Below are positions 1 through 9,998 of a DNA stretch of 64,000 bases, one piece after another. The stretch is from the IMG/VR virus record IMGVR_UViG_3300042521_003909, positions 19,923 to 83,922 of that record, one strand, 5' to 3'. A model generated the notes under the pieces. It did not search any database. It worked only from the letters and a program-made list of their open reading frames with translations, and was not told the origin of the DNA. Source of the DNA: a virus. Its lineage: Duplodnaviria; Caudoviricetes. Made by a program: the position numbers and the translations under genes. Every line of letters starts with the position of its first letter. The stretch's first letter is position 1.

Positions 1-205
1 TTTCTATGCTCTACTGCGTTGTATATATCTGGTTCTATTGCTCGTGGCTCTAAAAGCCATAGTGCTTTTTTGCATGGCTTATTAAAACTGTTTATTCTAT
101 TAACAGAAACTATCAGGTCCGCATTATCAATATCAGAGCTAATCCAATTATGGTGCGAAAGAGCTTCAAGCTTGTAATCCCAGTCTATAAATACTTTGTA
201 TTTTT

Positions 206-820
206 TCATTTTAAAAAGTCATATTTTCTATGACCGCCCTCTATGTCTGAGTAGCCTTCTCTTTGCCAAGCAAGATGGTGACAAAATCCATAGCATGATA
301 TTCTTTTTTGTATTTTGTGCAAATGTACATCCGCTGGTAGGTTAAAGATATTGCTATCAGAAAATTGTTCCATTAAAACATTAACTGCATTTTGATTTAT
401 TGCATAGCAATGAGTGGTGAATGTCTTCCTAAGTTTGTGTACGTACTCATTTATCTTTTTAGGCGGCTCATTGTGAGACCCCCCAAAGAAAAGTAAATTC
501 CAATCTTCTGGCACATGTTTGTAGTATTGTGAAAAAAGATTTTTAAAGTTTGGATGAAATTCAATATCATCTTCAAGAACTAGTACTTTTTGCAAACTTT
601 TATCATCAAACATTTTTTGATATATTTTTTTATGAGAAAGGCAGCAGCCTGCAGCTCCTTTCTTGAGCCCCTTAGTATCGGATATGGTATCGCCATCAAT
701 AGCTTCTATAAATTCAACGTTCAGTCCGTGTGTGCGGAATATTCTTTCGCATTCTGAACGACGATCTTTTCTTCTTTGCAAATTAATGCAGTATATTTTA
801 TTAAAATCTGATATGTGCAT
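206..820 (-). CDS. Glycosyltransferase family 25-like
   Basis: N-terminal CINLQRRKDRR, GCCLSH and VLEDD motifs typical of GT25. Confidence 0.8.
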   Translation of the reverse strand: MHISDFNKIYCINLQRRKDRRSECERIFRTHGLNVEFIEAIDGDTISDTKGLKKGAAGCCLSHKKIYQKMFDDKSLQKVLVLEDDIEFHPNFKNLFSQYYKHVPEDWNLLFFGGSHNEPPKKINEYVHKLRKTFTTHCYAINQNAVNVLMEQFSDSNIFNLPADVHLHKIQKRISCYGFCHHLAWQREGYSDIEGGHRKYDFLK

Positions 821-823
821 ATT

Positions 824-1744
824 TTATATTTTATGAGATTCTGCTGCTATCCTATTGAGTACGGATTGTTTTTGTAACTGTAAAAAGTCTTCAAACATTC
901 TTACCAGCTTTAACTTTTCCTCATTATTTAAATGAATAAAATATTTTTGTATTTTTAAACCTTTATTCCTTACTGGTAGCGGAGTCACTTTTTCATTACT
1001 TGGATGCCATAAATGGAACATTTCTATACGTGGATTGTCACATCCTACAAACTTTTTAAATAATTCAATTTTATCCACAAAGAACTGATCTTCTATTGAG
1101 TATGCCCAGAAGTAATATGGATCAAATCCACCAACTTTATTAAATAGCTCTCTTTTAATAACTATAGATCCTCCTGGAGCTCCTGGCCTTCCAGTATGAA
1201 AAGAGTTAGGTCTTACAATTGCTTGTTCTACACTTATATGATTAGAAAATATCTCATTTGAGATCTGTTCATTTAAATAATTTACTCTTCTACCAGCAAA
1301 TGACTGGACTATATCTTTTCCATTTAAGTTATCTCTTAACTGCTTCCAGAAATGCTTTGGCATCCATAGGTCAACGTCATGAAAATGTATGTATTTTGAA
1401 TCATGTAAAAAACTTCCAATATTCATTGATAAGCATTTATTGAACAAGTCTTTGTTTTTGTTCATGAAAATATAGTCTATGTCATGTTGTATGCACATGT
1501 CTATTGCTTCTGGATTATTTGAGTGTTCAACAACAACCATTCTATGAGAATTTTCACTCTCTTGTCTACATTCATTAAAGCATTTTATAAATTGAGCAAG
1601 ATGCTTGTTTCTTCCACATACGGGAACAACTGTAAGAAAATCGTAGTAAGATCTTGGAACAGACCTATATCTTGCGTTTTCTAAACGTTCAATAATATTG
1701 CTTTTATTGCCAATAAAATTGTCTAATAAAAACTGCATGTTCAT
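824..1744 (-). CDS. GT-A glycosyltransferase (GT2/GT7-like)
   Basis: FHDVD DxD motif; VGGFDPYYFWAYSIED resembles the GT7 C-terminal GGFD..WG.ED motif; HLWH. Confidence 0.7.
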   Translation of the reverse strand: MNMQFLLDNFIGNKSNIIERLENARYRSVPRSYYDFLTVVPVCGRNKHLAQFIKCFNECRQESENSHRMVVVEHSNNPEAIDMCIQHDIDYIFMNKNKDLFNKCLSMNIGSFLHDSKYIHFHDVDLWMPKHFWKQLRDNLNGKDIVQSFAGRRVNYLNEQISNEIFSNHISVEQAIVRPNSFHTGRPGAPGGSIVIKRELFNKVGGFDPYYFWAYSIEDQFFVDKIELFKKFVGCDNPRIEMFHLWHPSNEKVTPLPVRNKGLKIQKYFIHLNNEEKLKLVRMFEDFLQLQKQSVLNRIAAESHKI

Positions 1745-1772
1745 GTTTTATTTATCGTCATTATAAAAATAA

Positions 1773-1792
1773 CCGCTGTCTTGCGACAGCGG
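1773..1792 (-). terminator. Intrinsic terminator
   Basis: CCGCTGTC/GACAGCGG 8-bp stem with a GCAA loop on the minus strand, followed by TTATTTTT. Confidence 0.6.
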
Positions 1793-1867
1793 ATAAAAAG
1801 GGGTAATGGGGCGAAAATTGGCAAGGTGTTACGCCCATAGCACCTTGATTAGTGGAGTAGGGAAGAA

Positions 1868-2680
1868 TTAGACGTATCGTCTGTCTGGATTCTTCTTCAT
1901 GATCTCTTTGCCCATTTTGACGAGAGCGTTTTTGCTTCTCATCGCATGCACGATAGCTGGATCAACAACCGACTCCTTATGAGTCATGTATTCAACAAAT
2001 TTCCAAGGCATACCTTCAGGTATGTTGTCTTTTAATGCTCCAGTCCATTCACTTGCCCATATGTCCATGTAGTTTTTATGCATTCTTTTTTCGTAATCAA
2101 GACTGAACATATGAGACAATACCCCTATAGGGACCTCCTCTGGTAAATTAAGTCCTAATTTTGCTTGATATTGTCTGAAATTATTCACTACATATTTTGC
2201 GTGTTTGGCGAACTCTTTTTTACAAATCCAGAAACCACCATTTGTGTTGTACACCACTTTTTGAGACACTCCAAACTGTCTCCAAAGGTTGACCATATTT
2301 TCATTCTTCACGCTCCACCAGTCAGACCTTAGTGTTGTTGGGTCATTGAGCGGACTTTCCAGAAAGCTGTGCCAAACATCATTACCTATAATTTCTGAAA
2401 AATCTAGGATTGGTTTTCTGACAAAATAATGATCACTATCTATAAATACTAGCAGATCGTAATCCATTTCTGCGACCTTGACAAGATACTCAAATTTCCA
2501 ATATTGAGTTTGATCCATTTGTATCTCTTTTATCATAGCTCTTGTTTTGCAGCCATGAAGAGGCTCATCGCAGTAAACCACAATGTCATGTTCAATGCCG
2601 CAGTTCCTCATGCTTTGCACAAGAGATTGTAGCATATACCTATATTCACCCCAAGCAACAGACCAAATCAATGTTTTCAT
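1868..2680 (-). CDS. Putative nucleotide-diphospho-sugar transferase (GT-A)
   Basis: FIDSD DxD motif, NGGF motif, C-terminal IVH; lies in the GT cluster. Confidence 0.55.
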   Translation of the reverse strand: MKTLIWSVAWGEYRYMLQSLVQSMRNCGIEHDIVVYCDEPLHGCKTRAMIKEIQMDQTQYWKFEYLVKVAEMDYDLLVFIDSDHYFVRKPILDFSEIIGNDVWHSFLESPLNDPTTLRSDWWSVKNENMVNLWRQFGVSQKVVYNTNGGFWICKKEFAKHAKYVVNNFRQYQAKLGLNLPEEVPIGVLSHMFSLDYEKRMHKNYMDIWASEWTGALKDNIPEGMPWKFVEYMTHKESVVDPAIVHAMRSKNALVKMGKEIMKKNPDRRYV

Positions 2681-3732
2681 GATTTTACCTCTATGTTTTG
2701 ACCAGCAAGGTTTAAAAGATTATCCCATTTAGCAATATATTTATTCTTGTCACACCATATATCTTTGGCGTACTCACTAGCCTTTTTGCCCATAGTCTTT
2801 CTAGTATGCGTGTCACACATATGCCTTGCTGCGTCCTTAGCCTGATCAAGATTGTCCCATAAGAATCCGCATTCATTTTCTATGATCATGTTTGGAAAGT
2901 TCCATTTGCGTGGAGCTATTACTGGTGCTCCAGTAAGCTGGCTTTCCATAATTGCCCTACTTTGATTTTCTACAAATTTAAAATTGCAGTTGTACAGAAA
3001 TACGTCAAGGTCTACGAACCACTCATGAGTTGGCATAGCGTTAGTTGCGTACAGTCTCCATTTATCATTGAATTCATACCAGCTGTAAATGGAAGATAAT
3101 GAGTCAGACCATCCTAGTATTGAATACTCACAGTTTAGCCCTTCGCAAACTTGGTCATAAAAAATAGGAAAGTTATCGCCAAATTTCATTACGTCATCTC
3201 TGGAAACTTTTCCAAACACTGTTTTATTTCTTAAGGGTCTGTCTATATACTTCCACATATCAGCTTCAAAGTAATTTTCTAATACAAATGTTTTTTGAAG
3301 ACGATTTTGATTTGCTACTTCTTTATGCATCACAGACCTATGAAAGGGTGATGTGTATAGTACAACGTCTACTTGATTTTTCTTTATGGCGCTCAATTCC
3401 TCTGGAGTATGCCACATCATATCATTAGACCACATGAATTTTAGACCAGATTCTTTTATGAAATTTATTCTTTGAAAATCAGCAAAAACACGGAAATTGC
3501 AATTGGAGTAGGCAAAACCTGTTAATTTTTTTGGCAAGCTTGACATCATGCAATATTTTATGCCAAGTTTATCTAAAAAGTCTGTATTATGCTTTTCTCT
3601 CAGTCTAAATTCATCATTGGGAATACATGTAATATTATGAGTATCTTTTAATAAAACGAGCAATTCTTTCAGTCTTGTGTCTGCTCCACCAAGATCTGAT
3701 ATCCATTGAAATACATATAGGTTTTCTTTCAT
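2677..3732 (-). CDS. GT-B glycosyltransferase (GT4-like)
   Basis: LGGAD N-terminus; ENQSRAIMESQLTGAPVI resembles the GT4 E-x7-E motif. Confidence 0.65.
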   Translation of the reverse strand: MKENLYVFQWISDLGGADTRLKELLVLLKDTHNITCIPNDEFRLREKHNTDFLDKLGIKYCMMSSLPKKLTGFAYSNCNFRVFADFQRINFIKESGLKFMWSNDMMWHTPEELSAIKKNQVDVVLYTSPFHRSVMHKEVANQNRLQKTFVLENYFEADMWKYIDRPLRNKTVFGKVSRDDVMKFGDNFPIFYDQVCEGLNCEYSILGWSDSLSSIYSWYEFNDKWRLYATNAMPTHEWFVDLDVFLYNCNFKFVENQSRAIMESQLTGAPVIAPRKWNFPNMIIENECGFLWDNLDQAKDAARHMCDTHTRKTMGKKASEYAKDIWCDKNKYIAKWDNLLNLAGQNIEVKS

Positions 3733-3785
3733 GTATCATTTATCGGTTAAAAAGTAAATCTGCTGATTAGACGAAGAACTATTAT

Positions 3786-4448
3786 ATGGAAAATACAGTA
3801 ACATTTACAACTACAGCGATGGCTAGACCGGAGATACTTGAACAAACATATTATAATTTTCAAATATGCTTGAATATAAACATGAAAGATTTTGATTTAC
3901 GAATAAATGTTGACCCATTGCCAAAAATAAATAAAGTTGATGAAGTAGTAAATGTAGCAAAGAAATTCTTTAAAAATGTTGACTATAACATATCAAAAGA
4001 TGCCAATTTTCCTAGCGCAATCAAGTGGTGTTGGATGGACTTGCACACTAAATACACTTTTCACTTGGAAGACGATTGGGAGTTAACAAGGGGTATACCG
4101 CTCTATGAATTAGTAAAAATGCTTGAGAGCAATAAAGATATTAATCAAGTTTTACTAAGACCGTATCTTGAAACACATAAAGTAAGTTTAGTTCCTGGAT
4201 TAATAAGAAGTGATGTCGCAATGTATTTAAGTAGGCATATGTTGCTTAATAAAAATCCAGAAAAACAAATTCATTCAAATGAGCATACAGGAAAAGACGG
4301 AGATCCTGGCTTTGACGCCAATAAAGTCATAGTATATCCAGAAGATGTGTGCCTAAGGGACATCGGAAGAGTTTGGATGAAATCTCAATCTGTAATCAGG
4401 CCTGGCCCAGACTTCGTAAAATGGGAAAAGAAAAAAGATATTTACTGA
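3786..4448 (+). CDS. Putative GT-A glycosyltransferase
   Basis: TTTAMARPEILEQT start and FHLEDDW motif. Confidence 0.55.
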   Translation: MENTVTFTTTAMARPEILEQTYYNFQICLNINMKDFDLRINVDPLPKINKVDEVVNVAKKFFKNVDYNISKDANFPSAIKWCWMDLHTKYTFHLEDDWELTRGIPLYELVKMLESNKDINQVLLRPYLETHKVSLVPGLIRSDVAMYLSRHMLLNKNPEKQIHSNEHTGKDGDPGFDANKVIVYPEDVCLRDIGRVWMKSQSVIRPGPDFVKWEKKKDIY

Positions 4449-5452
4449 GCCATTTCGGGTGTAGCTACATTTTCCTTATGACCAGAAAACTGAATATTGA
4501 CAATATCAGTATTGTCTCTAATAACGTCATCTAAAAATCTCTGCATCTCATAAAGACTTGAGAATTCAACAAGTTTATTTTCAAACTTTAGTTTAAAAGT
4601 TCCAACAGCTTGCAGTATATCGCATTTATTAATGACTAGATCTGTGCATCCAGATATCTTAATTGACTCCATAAGCTTGTCAACGTTTAGCCAATTCACC
4701 ATTCTTTTTCTTCCGGTAGTAGATCCAAATTCTTCTCCTATTGTGATTATCTTATTTAAAGTTTCATCATCCCAAAGAGATTCTGGGAATAGGGGGTCAA
4801 CTCCGCTTTTAGTGTCATAAATTTTAGCAACACCAATCAGTCTGCGTATTTTTTGAGGAGAGAAGCCAAGCGAGCAAGCACCATATGGCATAGTGGTACT
4901 ACTTGTGACAAACGGATAGCAGCCATGGTCTATGTCGAGCCAAACACTCTGTGCCCCTTCGCAAAGTACCTTTCCCTCTAATTTTCCATCCCATAAGTAC
5001 TCGCTCGGAAATAAGTCTTTTGCCCTGATCCCCTTGCGAAGCATTTTATCTGCATAGCATGGAGCAATTCCCTGTCCAGTTGTTCCCAATCCTTTTTTTA
5101 AGTTATTTACATCAAACTGAATGTGTTCTTCAGTTATAATATGCGCATTAGGAGATACTTTTACTAAAGAAGTGTCAAAACCAGATGCCTTTAAGTATTC
5201 AATTTCTTCAAAAAACTTTTTCACATTTACTACACAACCTGGGCCTATAATGCACTTTTTACCTTTAAAAATACCAGAAGGTATCATGTGTGTTTTGTAT
5301 TTTTTGTCATTTAAATATACTGTATGTCCAGCATTTGGCCCACCATTCCATCTGCAAACATAGTCATACTTTTCAGCAAGTGCGTTTGCAATTTTTCCCT
5401 TACCTTCATCGCCCCAAGAAAGTCCGTAAATAACATCAACAAATTTGATCAT
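4442..5452 (-). CDS. purA: Adenylosuccinate synthetase (short form)
   Basis: WGDEGKGK P-loop, GGPNAGHT, GTTGQGI, EGAQ, TTGRKR and NKCD motifs; catalytic Asp retained. Confidence 0.93.
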   Translation of the reverse strand: MIKFVDVIYGLSWGDEGKGKIANALAEKYDYVCRWNGGPNAGHTVYLNDKKYKTHMIPSGIFKGKKCIIGPGCVVNVKKFFEEIEYLKASGFDTSLVKVSPNAHIITEEHIQFDVNNLKKGLGTTGQGIAPCYADKMLRKGIRAKDLFPSEYLWDGKLEGKVLCEGAQSVWLDIDHGCYPFVTSSTTMPYGACSLGFSPQKIRRLIGVAKIYDTKSGVDPLFPESLWDDETLNKIITIGEEFGSTTGRKRMVNWLNVDKLMESIKISGCTDLVINKCDILQAVGTFKLKFENKLVEFSSLYEMQRFLDDVIRDNTDIVNIQFSGHKENVATPEMAQ

Positions 5453-5593
5453 CTGATACCTTTCTTAAAAAGTTTATAAATAAATTTAAAAGACATGTGT
5501 CCAATTGCGAAAGCAACCGCAAGAACTGTTAGCATTGTCCAAGTATTTTCACTCATATATTTTCTACTTTTACTTTCTTTATTATCGACTTAA

Positions 5594-5676
5594 TGCGAGC
5601 GGAGGGATTCGAACCTTCGTAGACAAATGTCAGCAGATTTACAGTCTGCCCTCGTTGACCGCTTGAGTACACTCGC
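5594..5676 (-). tRNA. tRNA-Tyr(GTA)
   Basis: Cloverleaf GCGAGTG..CGCTCGC; GCAGA-CTGTAAA-TCTGC; long variable arm; no encoded CCA. Confidence 0.92.
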
Positions 5677-5679
5677 AAA

Positions 5680-5751
5680 AGCCACCTGTGGGATTTGAAC
5701 CCACAACCTCTGCTTTACAAAAGCAAGGCTCTACCGTTGAGCTAAAGTGGC
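5680..5751 (-). tRNA. tRNA-Thr(TGT)
   Basis: GCCACTT..AGGTGGC; TTGCT-TTTGTAA-AGCAG; GTTCAAAT T-loop. Confidence 0.9.
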
Positions 5752-5758
5752 ATTCAAA

Positions 5759-5831
5759 CTCCTCCGACTGGACTCGAACCAGTGACCCGGGAGTTAACAG
5801 CTCCCTGCTCTACCAACTGAGCTACAGAGGA
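5759..5831 (-). tRNA. tRNA-Asn(GTT)
   Basis: TCCTCTG..CGGAGGA; GGGAG-CTGTTAA-CTCCC. Confidence 0.93.
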
Positions 5832-5835
5832 ATAA

Positions 5836-5925
5836 CGGATAGAGAGGGATTCGAACCCCCGGATGACTTCTTGAGCCATCGGCGGTTTAGTAAACCGCAG
5901 CCTTAAACCACTCGGCCATCTATCC
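5836..5925 (-). tRNA. tRNA-Ser with unusual ACT anticodon
   Basis: GGATAGA..TCTATCC-G; GCGGT-TTACTAA-ACCGC; long variable arm; G discriminator. Confidence 0.88.
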
Positions 5926-5951
5926 ATGAATTTTATATCGGCACTGGATCT

Positions 5952-6479
5952 TCACATGCCTGGTGGATTATAGGTTTGTTCGTATTCTTTTTTTGCAATC
6001 CTGTAATAAGCGCCTTCGCCCTCTTTTACAAGATAGTCTCCTGGCTTAAGAACCATGTCTTCTCCCCAAGAAGCTTTAAAGGTAATTGGTTCTGTTCCTA
6101 AATATTCAGCTACCATTCTAGGAGATTGTTCTGGAGTTACATCTTCCCCCATATTACCTTCATACATCTTTGAAAACTTTGAGGACTTTATAACATATTT
6201 TTCCGAACTTGGGCCACTCATTATGACATCGCCATCTTTAGCGGTGTTTTCTGTTTCTTTTCCGTCAGAAGTCATTGTCACTACTCTTAAATCTTCCTTA
6301 TCATTTACTCCATAACTCATTGGAGGCATGCTTTCTATATTGCCGCCAATGATTTTAAAGAAAGAGTATCTTCTTGCTTGTTTGTGAGTAGGTAGAAATT
6401 TCAAGCTTGATGCTACGTCTTCAATCCCATGCGAATTTCTACCTTGATCTTCTGATTGCGATATTTTGTACCAGTTCAT
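5952..6479 (-). CDS. Hypothetical protein (PGDYG-like), MNWYK N-terminus
   Basis: Duplicated beta domain with KDGDVIM and KPGDYLV; AGGAG RBS. Confidence 0.55.
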   Translation of the reverse strand: MNWYKISQSEDQGRNSHGIEDVASSLKFLPTHKQARRYSFFKIIGGNIESMPPMSYGVNDKEDLRVVTMTSDGKETENTAKDGDVIMSGPSSEKYVIKSSKFSKMYEGNMGEDVTPEQSPRMVAEYLGTEPITFKASWGEDMVLKPGDYLVKEGEGAYYRIAKKEYEQTYNPPGM

Positions 6480-6580
6480 TTTTTCTCCTATTGTGTAAAA
6501 TTATTTACAAAAATAACTACTCCTGTACCTTGCTTGTATTTTATACGTTATATATTTCCGAAATAATGCTTGGAGGATTC

Positions 6581-6784
6581 ATGAAGAATTTTAAAATCTA
6601 CTATACAGTTGCCACTATCACCAGTTTAATATTGCTTACTTTAAAAGTATTTAACTTTTGCGAAATAGGATGGTCTTGGATTTTGTTGCCAGTTGCCGCA
6701 CCGCTATTACTTCTTATTGCAGCAGCTGCCTTTGCGATTTGCATAGCAATTTGCATGGCTTGTTTGTTTTTGCTTTTGAAATAG
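6581..6784 (+). CDS. Small membrane protein
   Basis: GGAGG RBS; two hydrophobic segments; WSWILLP. Confidence 0.55.
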   Translation: MKNFKIYYTVATITSLILLTLKVFNFCEIGWSWILLPVAAPLLLLIAAAAFAICIAICMACLFLLLK

Positions 6785-6826
6785 TATATCGGCAGGATAT
6801 GTTTGATATTTATAGAATTTAAAATT

Positions 6827-7318
6827 ATGAAATTTAAATTTAACAAGATAGATTGGTTGCAAGTGGGGATTAACACTGGTTGGCTAAAAAAAGCTGACGT
6901 AAGTGCAGAAGATCAAGAGTTAATATCTCAAATATCGAATGCTCCACCTTACAGCGCAAAGCAGCCTTCTGATGCTCTCATAAGAGATGCATATCTTGTC
7001 CTTCAAGACGCAATAGATAGACTGTTGCATATATCCAATCAGTTTTACCAATTTTCAGATAGTGTCAGAGATTCAGAAGATGACGTGCTGGCGTTGACTA
7101 ATTTTTTAGAAGAAGACTATACGCATGTAATGCAAGAATATCCAAATAAGCCAGTTCGTTTTGCCCAAGAGATGATTAATGTTGCGAATCAGGCACTCAG
7201 TCACCTTGATATGCTTACGGATGCCATGAAGCGCCAAAACTTAAAAACAAGTTCTTTGATTAATGATATTCGTAAAGATCTCATATTTGGTCGTAGAATT
7301 TTAGAAAGCATTACTTAA
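6827..7318 (+). CDS. Hypothetical helical protein with N-terminal WxxVGxxxGW motif
   Basis: Open frame, phage-like composition. Confidence 0.6.
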   Translation: MKFKFNKIDWLQVGINTGWLKKADVSAEDQELISQISNAPPYSAKQPSDALIRDAYLVLQDAIDRLLHISNQFYQFSDSVRDSEDDVLALTNFLEEDYTHVMQEYPNKPVRFAQEMINVANQALSHLDMLTDAMKRQNLKTSSLINDIRKDLIFGRRILESIT

Positions 7319-7945
7319 TTATTTAAGATATCCAGCAAGTGCTTTATGGATCTTGTCTGGAATTCTCTTATGAGTGTGAACTCTAAAATTATCAGGCATC
7401 AATGACAGTATATATTTGCTTGCCATTGGGTCTCTTCTAAAAGCCCAAAACTTTTGTTCTTCTTCCATTATCCAATGCGAATATATGTATACATTTGCTC
7501 TTCTAGCATAACCATGAAGGTTTATTGGTAGCTTAAACTTTTTAGCTATTCTGCAGGCCTTTATCTCGCAGTCTCTTTCCATTTCTCTCACGATATTAAA
7601 TGCGTTTTCAAGTCTTTTCTTTTGTATCTTTTCTCTAGAAAACCACTTGTCTACATATATTAATGCAGAGTCTGATTTCTTATATATTTTAGACTTTTCA
7701 AGCCATTGTAAAAAATGGCCGTATTCATGAACTAAAGCCTCAAGCCACAGATTGTTCTTTTTTGCTACTCTAATTACTCTTTCTTGTTCAGAGAAGTAAG
7801 CACTGCTTGTATAGCCTCCGCAGTGCACCGTATATCCCTGACCCCATATTAGAGTCATTTTGTATTCTTGCAAATGTTTTTTAACGTGCTTAATAAATCT
7901 TTTTACGGACTTATATCTTGCTAAGTGCTCACTTGTTTTTAGCAT
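7319..7945 (-). CDS. Putative zinc metallopeptidase-like protein
   Basis: LVHEYGH (HExxH) plus downstream E; AGGAG RBS. Confidence 0.55.
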   Translation of the reverse strand: MLKTSEHLARYKSVKRFIKHVKKHLQEYKMTLIWGQGYTVHCGGYTSSAYFSEQERVIRVAKKNNLWLEALVHEYGHFLQWLEKSKIYKKSDSALIYVDKWFSREKIQKKRLENAFNIVREMERDCEIKACRIAKKFKLPINLHGYARRANVYIYSHWIMEEEQKFWAFRRDPMASKYILSLMPDNFRVHTHKRIPDKIHKALAGYLK

Positions 7946-8075
7946 ACAAACTCCTCCCTGCTTATATGTCGATTAAAGCGTGCCCGAAGCAGCTGTTATT
8001 ATTTCTCTTTTAAGCAATCTTTCACCTTGAGGAGGAATATGTAAAAACATCGATAAATTAAAAAATAGAGTTTTT

Positions 8076-8471
8076 ATGGAAAAAGAATCTTTAGAAAAAT
8101 CGGCAGACCTAAGACAATGGCTCAAAGAAAAATGGGTGGATATATCTCGTACAGATAAAAGCGGCAAACACCCACCATGCGGTAGGTCGGATTCATCTAA
8201 GGGGGCCTACCCAAAATGTCGGCCCTCCAAGAAAGTATCCAAGAAGACCCCCACAACATCCCGTGGAATGTCAAAAAAGACTAAAAGCAAGGCTGTCAGA
8301 CAAAAAAGAGATGCTGAAAAGTCTCCAAGAGTGGACAAAAAGCCTCATATGACATCTCATCATGATTTAAAAAATAAAAAATCTTCCTCTGAAATCCGTA
8401 TGACCAAAGAGGCTTGGTTTGAGATAGGCTTAAAAGCGGGGTGGATCAATGTCAAAGACAGCTCAAATTAG
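8076..8471 (+). CDS. Basic conserved phage protein
   Basis: LRQWLKEKWVDI..PCGRS..YPKCRPSKKV pattern familiar from large phages; C-terminal WFEIGLKAGW. Confidence 0.6.
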   Translation: MEKESLEKSADLRQWLKEKWVDISRTDKSGKHPPCGRSDSSKGAYPKCRPSKKVSKKTPTTSRGMSKKTKSKAVRQKRDAEKSPRVDKKPHMTSHHDLKNKKSSSEIRMTKEAWFEIGLKAGWINVKDSSN

Positions 8472-8536
8472 CGAAGGCACTTGCAACTTAAAAGAAAAAC
8501 TTAAATTTTTCTTTTGGTTTTGGACTGGCTGGATGC

Positions 8537-8564
8537 TTGCACTTATATCATGCACTAGTATAAT
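8537..8564 (+). promoter_or_regulatory. sigma70-type promoter, probably leaderless transcript
   Basis: TTGCAC-16-TATAAT, ATG 6 nt downstream (8571). Confidence 0.55.
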
Positions 8565-8570
8565 GCGTTA

Positions 8571-8801
8571 ATGTTCGCCATAAAAGTTGTCGGATATGAC
8601 ATTGACGGGGAGCCTCTTTTGCTTGCCGATGGCATTGGCGGTGAAGGGCGTAAAATTCTTGTTTTTTCATCTAAAGAATCTGCAGACAAAACATGCAAAG
8701 AGATGAATGTCATCAGTGGTCGCATGAAGACTACTGGTGGTTACGAAGTCATTAAGATTAAAAAAGAGTGGATTGAAGGCATGTCAGTCGAGCATCTGTA
8801 A
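8571..8801 (+). CDS. Hypothetical protein
   Basis: ORF directly behind the promoter. Confidence 0.6.
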   Translation: MFAIKVVGYDIDGEPLLLADGIGGEGRKILVFSSKESADKTCKEMNVISGRMKTTGGYEVIKIKKEWIEGMSVEHL

Positions 8802-8837
8802 TCTTCGTATAAAAGTAAAAAAAGTTTCCGACAGCAC

Positions 8838-8865
8838 TTGACAAGGCTGTGCGCGCATGTATAGT
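8838..8865 (+). promoter_or_regulatory. sigma70-type promoter
   Basis: TTGACA-16-TATAGT. Confidence 0.55.
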
Positions 8866-9002
8866 ACATGCACAAGGCGATTGCTTCCGTATACGCAAAC
8901 GCTTTGTCTGCAGGCACTTACAAAAACTCTTTCATCAACTGAATCTGTTGTTTCAGTGATGCGAAGGAACAGTACTTGCTGAATTCTAGGAGAGTAAGCC
9001 AG

Positions 9003-9629
9003 ATGATCAACTTTATCGCCACTCAAGAGCACAAGACTACTACCGCAAGCAAGTCTATGACCCTCTACGAGATGTACGAGTACATCAGAGCGCACAGAGT
9101 AGAGCTTGCCTCAATGAAAAAGCAGGCCGCAAATACTCGAATTGAGCTTGAGCACATCGTTGCAGACATGACTTACAAGATTGCTTCTGTTGAAAGTGCT
9201 AAGAAGGCAAATAGACTGAGATCTGCTCTTGATGAGATGATCAAGAACATTAGGGCAATTGAGGCATGCTCAAAAGAGATCGTAAGTCTTGAAGATCAGG
9301 CAAAATCTAAAAATTCTCAAAAGGACATCAGAAAGCCTTTCAGGGAATGTGTTGAGAACTTTGTTAAGCTTAAGGGTTCAGAGCCTTTTGAGCCCACCGA
9401 AGTAGCAAGGTTTGTTGCAGAGTCAAGAAATCAGCCTTTGACTAATTCTTTGCGAGTGTTTACTCACCGCATCATCAAAGACTTTGTGCTTGAAAAAAAG
9501 ATCGTGCAGCTTGCTCATGGGCTTTATGAAAGCTCAAATGCTCCCACTCTCTTTTGTGAAGGATCTGTGATTATCGACAGTGCACAGATTACAGAGTCTT
9601 CTGTAGACCCAAAAGCAAATTGCGCATAA
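9003..9629 (+). CDS. Coiled-coil protein with possible C-terminal winged helix
   Basis: AGGAG RBS; heptad-rich N-terminal half; ..LAHGLY.. wing-like end. Confidence 0.55.
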   Translation: MINFIATQEHKTTTASKSMTLYEMYEYIRAHRVELASMKKQAANTRIELEHIVADMTYKIASVESAKKANRLRSALDEMIKNIRAIEACSKEIVSLEDQAKSKNSQKDIRKPFRECVENFVKLKGSEPFEPTEVARFVAESRNQPLTNSLRVFTHRIIKDFVLEKKIVQLAHGLYESSNAPTLFCEGSVIIDSAQITESSVDPKANCA

Positions 9630-9678
9630 AATAGCAATATCGCCTTCTGTCTTTTTCTTATGTTGCCGATATAGGGGG

Positions 9679-9975
9679 ATGGACAACATAGAAAAAACAG
9701 AAGGCGATATTATTTCTATCTTCAATCAGATAGATTACATTTTGCAAAACTTAGATGTAGAGCCACTACCTGGGCATGTGATTGCTACTTTATGTCAATC
9801 TAGGCGCTATATCAATTCACTTGAGCATGACTTGCAGTTTCTTGCCAGTGAAGAAAAATGGGTTTTGCAAAACGAATTCATAAATCAATTAAAAAATGAG
9901 AATTTAGATCTTAGACGACAAATGGACAATAACAATGAACCAGAAGTGTCCGACAATTTGAATAGTGAAATTTAA
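9679..9975 (+). CDS. Hypothetical protein
   Basis: ORF behind a CGATAT element. Confidence 0.55.
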   Translation: MDNIEKTEGDIISIFNQIDYILQNLDVEPLPGHVIATLCQSRRYINSLEHDLQFLASEEKWVLQNEFINQLKNENLDLRRQMDNNNEPEVSDNLNSEI

Positions 9976-9998
9976 CATCCAAGATGGAGAAAAAAATA

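Noticed and set aside
4442-5452. PurZ (2-aminoadenine DNA pathway)
   Set aside because: The P-loop is GDEGKG with the PurA Asp, whereas PurZ has Ser at this position; no dATPase or MazZ-like neighbour recognised
5688-5906. ORFs over tRNA genes (also 44415..44792, 44452..44706 and the N-termini of 40937..41461 and 47136..47447)
   Set aside because: They are translations of tRNA sequence
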